Made by a program: the position numbers and the translations under genes. From Podarcis cretensis (taxonomy: Eukaryota): DNA of 64,000 bases. Each line of letters begins with the position of its first letter. The first letter of the stretch is position 1. The DNA lies in assembly GCA_951804945.1 (NCBI GenBank), contig OX638152.1, positions 102,734,001-102,798,000 on the forward strand, in the 5' to 3' direction. The notes beneath the pieces are model-generated. The model saw nothing but the letters and a program-made list of their open reading frames with translations. It ran no database searches and was not told where the DNA came from. Shown piece after piece: positions 1 to 9,990 of the stretch.

Positions 1-221
1 CATTTTATGTGTAGATCTCATTCTCTGGCTACGTTTTGTCAGGATATCACTAGATATCTCACAAGGATTTAATTAAAAGAGTGATTTGAAATGGATATGG
101 CATATCCTGATAATGAATGCCAAATGCTTTTTGAGTTTCAAAGCACTTCACATACATTAGTTCAGCAATTCTTATAACAATTCCATCAGGTCAGTCAATA
201 TCAGCACCTTTATGTTGCACA

Positions 222-625
222 CTGGAAGATGGCAGGTTCCCCAAGGAAGTGCTCTATGGAGAGCTAGCGTCAGGCATGAGGCCCATTGGCAAATCAAAGA
301 TGCCGGCAAATGAGACATGGAAACTGGCCACATCAGCCACAGCCTGTGGGAATTCCTTGCAGATGACTGCAGTGCTTGGAGACTGTCAGGTCATGCATCC
401 ATAGCAGTGACGAGAGGAGAAACGGCCACTGGGAGAAACACAGAGAGAAGAAATGCCGTGGTGCATCTGTAGTGGCACAACCGGACACCTTCCATCTGCC
501 CCAACAACAACAAATCTGGTCTCTACAGCCACAGCAGGTGCTACAACTCTCAAATGGTTTGACTTTAACCCGGAAGGTGCACTATTCCATTGTCTCCCAA
601 GACAGACAGATGCCAACAACTACCT
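222..625 (+). mobile_element. Old RTE-clade LINE 3' fragment
   Basis: Decayed reading EDGRFPKEVLYGELASG.RPIG resembles the RTE RT C-terminus. It ends in ...CCATTGTCTCCCAAGACAGACAGATGCCAACAAC. Boundaries approximate. Confidence 0.65.
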
Positions 626-1618
626 TAACACTTTTAATTCAAAACTTAGTTAGAGAATTTACTTAGCATAGTCTGAATCTAAAATTAAACAAGATAAGTT
701 TATTCTGCCTTATTAATGCATATTACTCTATATCTGAGAATTAGAAGAATCCCACCCCCACCCCCGTCCGAGGTATTAACTTCCGCCAGCATCCTGTGAG
801 CTTTGAGGATGAGTAATGTTAATGACTGTGGTAGAAAAAGGTGAACTTCAGTAGATAGCATTAATCTTGCTGGCTGGTCTGTGCCAGACGTCATGTTAAG
901 GAACAGCAACAATGAAAAATTACAGGAAAAGCCAGTACTTTTTCATAACGTCAATATATGCAATGGGCTCAGTTATATCTGGTGATATGAAATGAGGGAG
1001 GTCCTGAAACTTTGCATATTAAATATAGTTCAAAAATTCAGTTTTGACACCATATACATTGCTTCCCCTTTTTTTGCCTGTACCATTTGTGACACATCAA
1101 GCTCAAGGCAGTGCCCATCAGCCAGGTATTGCAGTTAATCAGGATATCAATAGATACCCTCCCATGGAAAATATTCCAATGCATGTAGTAAAACAGGTTA
1201 CCAAGTAGAGAGGTATATGAAGCCTTCCCTGCAATTTGCTAGTTTTCTGCATGCTGGGATATATGTATGTGAGGAGGATGGGGAACGGGGTCTGTATTAA
1301 TGGGTTTCAGAAGCCAATTGAAAACTTTTTTACTTGCCCAGTCCTTTGCAGTTTCATAAATAAAAGATTTATGCATTTGTCTTTTAATTGATTTGTTGCT
1401 TATTTTTAGTGTATATACGTTTTTCCTATTGTTTTATTGTATTTTGTTCATATGTGTTAGGTATGCTGCCCTGGGCTTTTCTGAGGAAGAGTTATAAATA
1501 ATGTAAAGTAATATAATGCATATAATCATTCATTGATACAAGCCCCATGATCATTTTTGGTAGATGCCCAAATACTACTTTCTTATCACTTCTGCGTAAC
1601 ATATTAATAAATTTTAAT

Positions 1619-1968
1619 AAGGCAAAGGTCCCTGGATGGTTAAGTCCAGTCAAAGGTGACTATGGGGTGTGGCGCTTATCTTGCTTTCAGGCCGAGGGAA
1701 CCGGCGTTCGTCCACAGACAGATTTCCGCGTCATGTGTCCAGCATGACTAAACCGCTTCTGGCACAACAGGACACGGTGACAAAAGCCAGAGCACACGGA
1801 AACACTGTTTAACTTCCTGCCAAGCAGTACCTATTTATCTACTTGCACTGGTGTGCTTTCGAACTGCTAGGTTGGCAAGAGCTGGGACAGAGCAATGGGA
1901 GCTCACCCCATTGTGGGGATTTGAACAACCAACCTTTTAATCAGCAAGCCCACAGTGCCACCCGCTCC
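1619..1968 (-). mobile_element. Sauria SINE, older diverged copy
   Basis: Contains the Sauria core CCTATTTATCTACTTGCAC...TTTCGAACTGCTAGGTTGGCA with a degenerate (AAAGGT) tail and tRNA-like head. Confidence 0.85.
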
Positions 1969-3131
1969 GATGTAACTTGTAGAATAGCTCTAAAAGCTTC
2001 CTCACCTGGTTTCTGGCAGCAAAATGTGGGGTGAGGGATGCCAAAGAAAAGGATCCCTGGATTTTTATCACAAAAGGAGAGGTGTCTTTGAAGATGTCTG
2101 CCTTGGAGAGTTGTTAGCTGATGGAAGACAGTACTGAGCTGTCTGATTCAGTGTAAAACAGCTCTTCATACCCTGAGTTGATGGTCTGAAGTGCACACAT
2201 TTCTTTGTAATATTTTAAAGTGCATAAACCTTGTTTCTAAAGCAGGCCACATATAGGATGTGCACTGCTTTATACCCATCACAACATTGCTTGCAGACAT
2301 AGAATAGAACTTTAACCGTTTAACTGATTTGGAAGTGTGTAGAAAGGATAAATTACGGACCTCACCACCAATAATCACAACTTTTCTGGATTTTCTGGAA
2401 ACTTTCCCACCCCACCCCCAAAAAAGAAATCCAGAAAATTGTGCAGCCAAATCAGTGGGCTACTTATATGCAAGTAAATCAATACTGCATAGCAACTAGG
2501 GCAGGGCATTCATCTCAGAGGAAATGAATATCCCCATTTCAAAGATATTCGGAATTGAAGGTGAGCTGGATTCAAATAGGACTGAAGCAAAGTCAGCTGT
2601 TTCTGAGGCTTCAAACCAGCTTTGCAAGGGCATTTGGCCAATTTGATGTACTTTACAGCCTTCCTGAAAAGTCTGCATAAATGACAAAAACTAACGCATA
2701 TTATAGCATTCAACCTGGAAATGGCTTTAGTTAGGAGGCACATAAAACAGAATTGAAGCTATTCCATGCTGTTTGTGACTGTTGTGCAATAGCAACAGTG
2801 ACAGGAGCAGTAGTTCTCAGAGTTTCTGCAACTTTGACCATATATTAGATATGCAGTGCTTTGTGTCTATTGCTATGATGCTCGTAGTTTTAAAATATGA
2901 CTACTTTAGACTGAATGAAAATTGATCCTGAATGCCCATGTCCAAATCAAGGCCCCTAAGACATATTGCCTCCCCTCTGCAGTTATTTGTCTGAAATGTA
3001 GCAAATTTTGTCAAGAAAATAAAAAGGTTATGGTCCGTTATTGAGGCTGGAGCAAATGAGGCAGCGTCCTAAGACAGATATGAGGCAAAGAGTGACATAA
3101 CGTGAGCCTCTGAAATGAGGTGACCTATGCT

Positions 3132-3325
3132 AAAGGTAAAGGTAAAGGTACCCCTGCCCGTACGGGCCAGTCTTAACAGACTCTGGGGTTGTGCGCCCAT
3201 CTCACTTAAGAGGCCAGGGGCCAGCGCTGTCCGGAGACACTTCCGGGTCACGTGGCCAGCGTGACATCGCTGCTCTGGCAAGCCAGAGCCGCACACGGAA
3301 ACGCCGTTTACCTTCCCGCTGGTAA
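3132..3325 (-). mobile_element. Sauria SINE, young subfamily, 5'-truncated half of a dimer
   Basis: (AAAGGT)3 tail, then GTACCCCTGCCCGTACGGG body that stops at CCCGCTGGTAA. Confidence 0.92.
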
Positions 3326-3700
3326 AAGGTAAAGGTAAAGGTACCCCTGCCCGTACGGGTCAGTCTTGACAGACTCTGGGGTTGTGCGCCCATCTCACTT
3401 AAGAGGCCAGGGGCCAGCGCTGTCCGGAGACACTTCCGGGTCACGTGGCCAGCGTGACAAAGCTGCATCTGGAGAGCCAGAGCCAGAGCCAGAGCCGCAC
3501 ACGGAAACGCTGTTTACCTTCCCGCTGGTAAGCGGTCCCTATTTATCTACTTGCACCCGGAGGTGCTTTCGAACTGCTAGGTTGGCAGGCGCTGGGACCG
3601 AGCAGCGGGAGCGCACCCCGCCGCAGGGATTCGAACCGCGACCTTTCGTTCGGCAAGTCCTAGGCGCTGAGGCTTTAACCCACAGCGCCACCTGCGTCCC
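3326..3700 (-). mobile_element. Sauria SINE, young subfamily, full length
   Basis: Minus strand begins GGGACGCAGGTGGCGCTGTGGG (A box), has B box GGTTCGAATCC and an (ACCTTT)n tail. TSD (CC)TATGCT at 3124-3131 and 3699-3706 flanks the whole dimer. Confidence 0.95.
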
Positions 3701-3760
3701 TATGCTGAGCCATTTATTCATTTATTTTCCCCAAACCACTTGAAATTCTGGTATAGATTC

Positions 3761-4206
3761 TATCAGGGAACTGCCATCAGCACTGGAGGGGGAGCGCAAA
3801 AGCCAGAGGGATTCCAGAGAGCGTCCAGGGATCGGGAGGAGCAGCCCATCTTCTGGGGAAGAGAATCAGCGTAGCACCAGTGGAGAAGGGGGGCAGGTGG
3901 GGGAAGTGGCGAGGCGGTCCCATGACTCCTTGCCTGGGACCAGCGGGGAGAGTAGGGGTCCTCCGTTGCCCACGCCCTCCCTGCGCAGAAGGCTTTCGCA
4001 CAGAGAGGGTAGGCGGAGACTAGGCGTCAAATAACTTCTTTGCTGGAAGAAGTTTAAGAAACGGCCACTCACAGATTCTGCCAGCGATTGAGTCAGCTAC
4101 GGGTGAGTGGCTGTACGGACAGAAGAGGTTCACTTTGGCAGCCCAGCCAGGTGTTTGCACCCAGCCAGGGAGATAGGCACCTGCTTACGCACAAGCAACC
4201 ATTACA
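3761..4206. mobile_element. Solo LTR, GC-rich, Gypsy-like
   Basis: Starts TATCAGGGAACTG (TG mutated to TA; compare TGTCAGGGACTG at 18210) and ends ...ATTACA. 5-bp TSD GATTC at 3756-3760 and 4207-4211. Confidence 0.7.
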
Positions 4207-4714
4207 GATTCAAGTTGCTGATCAAGTTTATTTCACTTAAGTAAAAAAGACAGTATGTGAAAAAGCTATTATTAGAATTTGTTGTTGTTGTTTCTTTACT
4301 AAGTGTATCATGGGAATGAGAAAATAACAGGTAGCTTATTTATGATAATTATACATGAAAGTGAGCAATGAGCTGACTCCTAAATTTTCACTTATTTGCA
4401 GATCTCAGAGGTAGCAAATTGAATCAATTTTATCAAAGAGTATTATAACTTGATATATAAAGGTGTTACTGGATGAAAAGTATTCTGTTGGTGGTGGGGT
4501 TCTGTTGTACTCGATCAGGAATATGAGAAAGGCTGGTCCGACCATTAAAGAAAAGTTACTCTGGAAGCAGATTTGGGGCAAAATTGCCCAAAAGATAGCA
4601 AAATTGTCAATTATATAATGGATTGTGGTTGCCGTTTCCATCTCTGGCATTCAGGCCTGGCCCTACGTGAGGGAAATATTTTGGTAGGAAGAAGGCAACT
4701 TTCTGCCCAAAACA

Positions 4715-4915
4715 CTGTTTGCCCAACTTTCCCTCTAAGGAGCTCAGGGAGTCATACATAGCATCTCACCTGCCATATCCTACAACAATCCAGTGAGGGG
4801 AGGTACGCTAAGGGACAGTGACCAGCCAAAAGACACTGAACAACCTAGCTGACTGGGATTGGAACTTGAGCCTCCCAGTTGCATCACAACACTCTGCCTT
4901 CTGCAACACAGTAGC
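4715..4915 (-). mobile_element. Ancient MIR/CORE-type SINE remnant
   Basis: CCTACAACAATCCAGTGAGG...CTAAGGGACAGTGAC...GGATTGGAACTTGAG resembles the copies at 14367 and 48287. Confidence 0.55.
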
Positions 4916-5502
4916 CTACATCATGTCTGAGTTTCGTTCTTTTCACAGGTACAAACCAGACAGAAGAATGAAGAACATGGCACACAGGCAATAGAAACAG
5001 TAAAACAACAGCAGCAGCATGTTCAGTTTTTTGAGAAATACAACAGCTTTCATTGTAATGGGATCACCTAAACAAAAAGAGACACTGCTAGTCATTAAGC
5101 GGATAGCATTCACCTGCAAAATGAAAAATGAATCCTTCCCAGGGAAGGTGCCCTCATTTCTGGAAAGAGGCTTCAGGATGAAGAGCAATTCTTCATGTCT
5201 TCGTGATTTGTTTGCCCACAGCTATGGCTAGTTTGTACATGCAGGTCCTTGTTTTGATACTTCAGGGCAGGGGCAGCTGAGGCAGCCCTGAAAGCAATTT
5301 TAGGTGGCCCAAGCATTAATCGAGAGACACAGTGAAAAGTTTGCCCACAGTTTTTCCCATGAGGGAAAGAGGAAGAAAAGTGCTTCAACTTCCCAAAAAA
5401 TTGAGTTTACACTTTCACTTTTATTCTTTGGTGTCAATATTTCAGCTGCATTTCCCTGAACACAAATATTCCATAGCCATATAGTCCTTGAAGATTATAT
5501 TG

Positions 5503-5650
5503 CGGCTTGTCTAATGAAGAATACTGGAGAACTAATGAAGAATACTGGAGAACTCAAAAGATTGCCACTATAGTGTGACATTTTGATTGGTCCTAATAAA
5601 GATATTGCCCATCTTTGGATCTTGGTATTTTCTTTCTAGAGCCTAACCAT
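5503..5650 (+). mobile_element. Degenerate Penelope-like terminal remnant with a 21-bp tandem duplication
   Basis: CTAATGAAGAATACTGGAGAA occurs twice, followed by CTCAAAAG...TTGGTCCTAATAAAGATATT, which resembles Penelope pseudo-LTR ends. Confidence 0.4.
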
Positions 5651-6080
5651 CCATGGCAATGTTATCTATGACCATAACATTGTCTCCCTTCTTATGGTTT
5701 TTTAAAACTTTAAACTAGACTTTGACGGGACAGTCCTTCTAATAGAGGACTCAAATTGAGGACTGTCCTAAAATAACCCTTCAAGCAGAGGATACTCCTC
5801 TAGAAAGTAAGTGTGCAGCCCTAGCACACAGACACACTAAAATGAATCTATCTGTTCTGACCACTGCAGTAATCAACCACTTTAAAAGCTTGCAAGAAAA
5901 GGTTGGGCCCTCACCTGCCAGCAGAAAGAAGTCAAAGATGTCACAGGACAGATTTCCCTGGGCAGGGTCTTTTGTAAGTGACACCAGCCCATAAAAAGCC
6001 CAGCTGCACATCTCTATCAATCCCAGTTCTGTGATGTATCGGAAGGAGTGTTAAGCAAGGCAGACATGTCCCATGAACCA

Positions 6081-6279
6081 CAGTGGTACCTCTGGATGAG
6101 AACGGGATCCGTTCTGGAGCCCCGTTTGCATCATGAGCAGAACGCAACCCGCATTCTGAGAGTCTGCACATGTGCGAGAGGCAAAACCCGGAAGTAACCC
6201 ATTCCATTACTTCCAAGTCACCGTGGGACACAACCTGAAAATATTTAACCTGAAGCAAACGTAGCAAGAGGTATGACTG
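6081..6279. mobile_element. Tc1/mariner (Tigger-like) MITE
   Basis: Termini CAGTGGTACCTC...GAGGTATGACTG followed by TA. Same family as 27564-27755 in the opposite orientation. Confidence 0.85.
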
Positions 6280-6693
6280 TATATAACTTTAATGGACTGG
6301 ATGAGAGCCAACAAACTGAAACTCAATCCTGCACTGAGGCAGGGAGATCACCTGCTCTTGAGGGGGTCACCCTTCTTTTGAAGGAGCAGGTTCATGGCTT
6401 GGGGGTACTCCTGGATCCTTGCTGTAGCTCGAGGCTCAGGTGGCCTCAGTGGCTTCCTTCAGCTTCATATGGTGGCCCATCTACGACCCTATCTGGACAG
6501 GAATAGCCTAACTACTGTTGTCTATGCTCTGGTAATGTCAAGGCTAGATTACTGCAATGTGTTATACGTAGGGCTGCTTCTGAAGATGGTTCAGAAACTT
6601 CAGCTGGTGCGGAATTCAGCAGCCAGGATGCTCACTGGAATAAGATGGTTTGAACATATTACACCAATCCTGGTCTGACTGCACTGGCTACTA

Positions 6694-7373
6694 TAGGGTT
6701 ACCAGACATCCCCAGTTCCTGGGGACAGCCACCAGATTTGCAAATCTGTCCCAGGACAAATTCTGTCCCCGGAATGTCCCCAGATTTGCAAATCTGTCCC
6801 CAGGAAATGTGGCAGCAGCAGCCCGGAGCCAGCCTGTTGGCTCTGACTGGCTGCAGGAGCTGCTTGCTGCCGTGGCGCCCGCCATTTTTCCTGTGCCATG
6901 GTAGCGAGCAGCCACTGCCACTGCAGAAGGGGAACTGGGGACATCTGGTGGTACAGATCAAAGGGGGAAGGGGGCAGGAGACCAGGGAAGGCTCGGGAGT
7001 CACAGGCGGGCAGCGTGTCATTGCCCAGGAGGGGCGCAAGGCACACAGTTTTTCTGCCAGGCAAGGTGCAAGGCCCTTATTTTGCACCCTGTGAAACATA
7101 AATGCACAGAGTTTTTAAAAAACTGGGCAACGGCGCGCCACTTGCCCATGACTTCCGAGCCTCCCCCTATCTCCTGCCCCCTGCCCCCTTTGTTTTGACT
7201 GACCGGGGAGGCTCGGGAGTCGTGGGTGGGCAGCCGCTGCCCAGTTTTTTTAAAACTCTGCACATTTATGTTTCATAGGCTGCGAAAAAAAGGGCTTTGC
7301 ATCCTTATACAATATGCATGTATGCTTGGACCTCACCATCCCCACTACTGACTCCCTGTTGCTACTCAGCTTC

Positions 7374-7415
<42 letters not shown>

Positions 7416-7452
7416 TGTCCCCAGATACATTGAAAAAAATCTGGTAACCGTA
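6694..7452. mobile_element. Non-autonomous hAT (Blackjack-like) DNA transposon
   Basis: TIRs TAGGGTTACCAGA / TCTGGTAACCGTA and a perfect 8-bp TSD GGCTACTA (6686-6693, 7453-7460). It has subterminal TGTCCC repeats, an internal inverted repeat (about 7079-7135 vs 7232-7290) and a (TAA)n tract. Confidence 0.92.
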
Positions 7453-7843
7453 GGCTACTAATTAGTTTCCCAGCTCAATTCAAAGTGCTGGTTTTGACCT
7501 ATAAAGCCTTAAACGGCTTGACCACCATACCTTAAGGACTGCTTCTCTTCATATAAGCCTACCCATATTCTGAGATCACACTCTGAGGCACTTCTTCATG
7601 TGCCAGGTCTGAAAGAAGTTCTTCATATATATCATCATCATCATCGTCGTCGTCATTATTATTAATTTATTTTTGTCTTTTCAATTTTACATAGAATAAA
7701 TGAAAACAAATATAATAATAAAATCCCATTTGACTTCCCTTCCCCCTTCATGGATCCTTTAGGCACCAGACAAAAATGTTCCTTTTTAACCAGGCCTTTG
7801 TTTGATTTGATTGATATCCTATGTCGGAGGGTACTGGGTTGTT

Positions 7844-8203
7844 GGGACACTGGTGGCACTGTGGTGTAAACCACTGAGCCTCTTGGGCTTGCTGATCAGA
7901 AGGTCTGCGGTTCGAATCCCCGCAATGGGGTGAGCTCCCGTTGTTCAGTCCCTGCTCCTGCCAACCTAGCAGTTCAAAAACATGTCTAAGTGCAAGTAGA
8001 TAAATAGGTACCGGCTGGAAGGTAAACAGCATTTCTGTCCACTGCTCTGATTTCACCAGAAGCGGCTTAGTCATGCTGGCCACATGACCCGGAAAAACTG
8101 TCTGCGGACAAAAACCGGCTCCCTCGCCCAGTAAAGTGAGATGAGCACTGCAACCCCAGAGTTGTCTGCAACTGGACTTAACTACCAGGGGTCCTTTACC
8201 TTT
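7844..8203 (+). mobile_element. Sauria SINE, older subfamily
   Basis: GGGACACTGGTGGCACTGTGG head, GGTTCGAATCC B box, ends GGGGTCCTTTACCTTT. Confidence 0.9.
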
Positions 8204-9246
8204 TTTTATTGGATTGTTGCTTCTATTTTGATTATATATTTTCTGGTTTTGTATTTTGATTTTATTCTGTGAATAAAATCTGGTACAGGGAGGTATATAA
8301 ATTCAATGAATGAATGAATGAATAAAGCCCTTCTCAGCCTGGCAGTGCTATGAATCAGCAAGCATCCCTTCTAATTGGCTGTACCACTGAAAGCCCATGG
8401 TGGAAAGGGAGCAACTATCTAACTCTGTTTTAATCTAATTTTTATGAATTATTTTGTTTGTCCTCAAATGCTAAAAATAACACGGATCCTAAAAAGGGTA
8501 TTTATTGTGGCAGAAGTGCAGCAAAACAGTTAGTTCTGCAAATTAGAAATTAGTTCTGGAAAGAGCATCTCCTACCACCCTGTGGCAGTTTAGAATCATT
8601 GCATATTAACACACCTCATTAAACTTACTCAGTTTAACAGATACTTCACTAATGAATTTATGCATCAATCAGTCAATCAGTATTTTTTAAAATGTTCCTT
8701 AACAAAAATGCTGATTAAATTGGAAATGTCTGGATCCGGACATGCTGTCATTCCCCCCTTTTTAATAGAGTTGGTGGCACTAATTTGCCAACCAGGCTAC
8801 ACAGCCATACTAATAATCATCTCTTGCCATTCTACAAATAGAAAGGTTTTGAGCATTTCCTCATTGACAATCAAAAATTGAGCATTCCTGCCTCTACAAA
8901 TTAGCATACTTTTCTTTGCTCATTTCTTCCTGGAAAATTGTTGACTTTTAAGAAAATTATATGCTAGTCTACCACTGATGGATCAGAACCCAGAAAATTG
9001 GATATTTTCTGTAAGTCACACCACTGCTCTCTACCCACTGTGCTTTCCCTCCAGTCAACTTATTCTCACTTTCATTGTGTCTAATATCAACTTGCAAACT
9101 GCAGTTTCTCTCCCTCCATCCTGTTCTTGCTCTTTCTCACACATCCCTGCCAAGCACTTCTCTCAACCAACTTCTGCTAAAACCACAAAATACATAATAA
9201 AAACAAAAACAACATCCCCAGAAACTGGGGATGTCTGGTAACCCTA

Positions 9247-9990
9247 TAGTAGCCAGTGCAGTCAGACCAGGATCAGTTTAATATGTTCAAATCGTCTTGC
9301 TCTGGTGAGCAACCTGGCCACTGAATGCCGCACCAGATGAAGTTCCCTAACTGTCTTCAGGCGGCCCTACGTATAATGCATTGCAGTAATCTAACCTTCT
9401 GGTTACCAGAGCATAGACAACAGTAGTTAGGCTATTCCTGTCCAGATAGGGGCATAGCTGGGCCACCAGACAAAGCTGGTGGAAGCCACTGAGGCCACCT
9501 GAGCCTCAAGCCACAGCAAGGCTACAGGAGTACCCCCTAGGTATAAGCTTGCTCCTTCAAAGGAAGTGTGATCCCATCAAAAGCAGGCGATCTCCTATCC
9601 AGCTCGTCTAGGGAACCACCCACTAACAGTGCCTCAGTCTTATCTGGATTGCGCTTCAATTTGTTGGCTCTCATCCAGTCCATTACTGAGGCAAGACACT
9701 GGTCCAGCACCTCCACTACCTCTCCTGCAGATGTAAAGGAGAAATACTTTTAATGTTTGATGTATCATAGTATTTTAATATTCTTTTGGAAGCCGCCCAG
9801 AGTGGCTGGGGAGGCCCAGCCAGATGGGCGGGGTATAAATAATAAATTATTATTATTATTATTATTATTAAATAGAGCTGAGTGTCATCAGCATACTGCT
9901 GACAATGAACTCTGAACCTCCGGATAACCCCTCCCAGCAGTTTCAGGTAGATGTTCAACAACATGGGGAATAGGATTTAGCCCTGCAGAA
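9247..9990 (-). mobile_element. L2 LINE fragment (RT region)
   Basis: Minus strand reads CQQYADDTQLY and RLDYCNALYVG. Inverted relative to the L2 at 6290. Confidence 0.88.
9747..9869 (+). mobile_element. Short young L2 3' end nested in the older L2
   Basis: GGAAGCCGCCCAGAGTGGCTGGGG...(ATT)n tail, as at 31001-31094. Flanked by AAATA at 9742-9746 and 9870-9874. Confidence 0.85.

Larger units (their letters stand above)
6290..8325 (+). mobile_element. L2 LINE 3' portion, interrupted by a hAT element and a Sauria SINE
   Basis: Translates SRLDYCNVLYVGL...LQLVRNSAARML. It resumes after the hAT at 7461 (QFKVLVLTYKALNG) and ends in a T-rich 3'UTR with an (AATG)n tail. Confidence 0.85.

Noticed and set aside
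3069-3743. Recurrent ORFs such as MCGSG..CLRTALAPGLLSEMG (also at 34774, 38855, 54994 and 56982)
   Set aside because: Chance translations of Sauria SINE copies, not a gene family.
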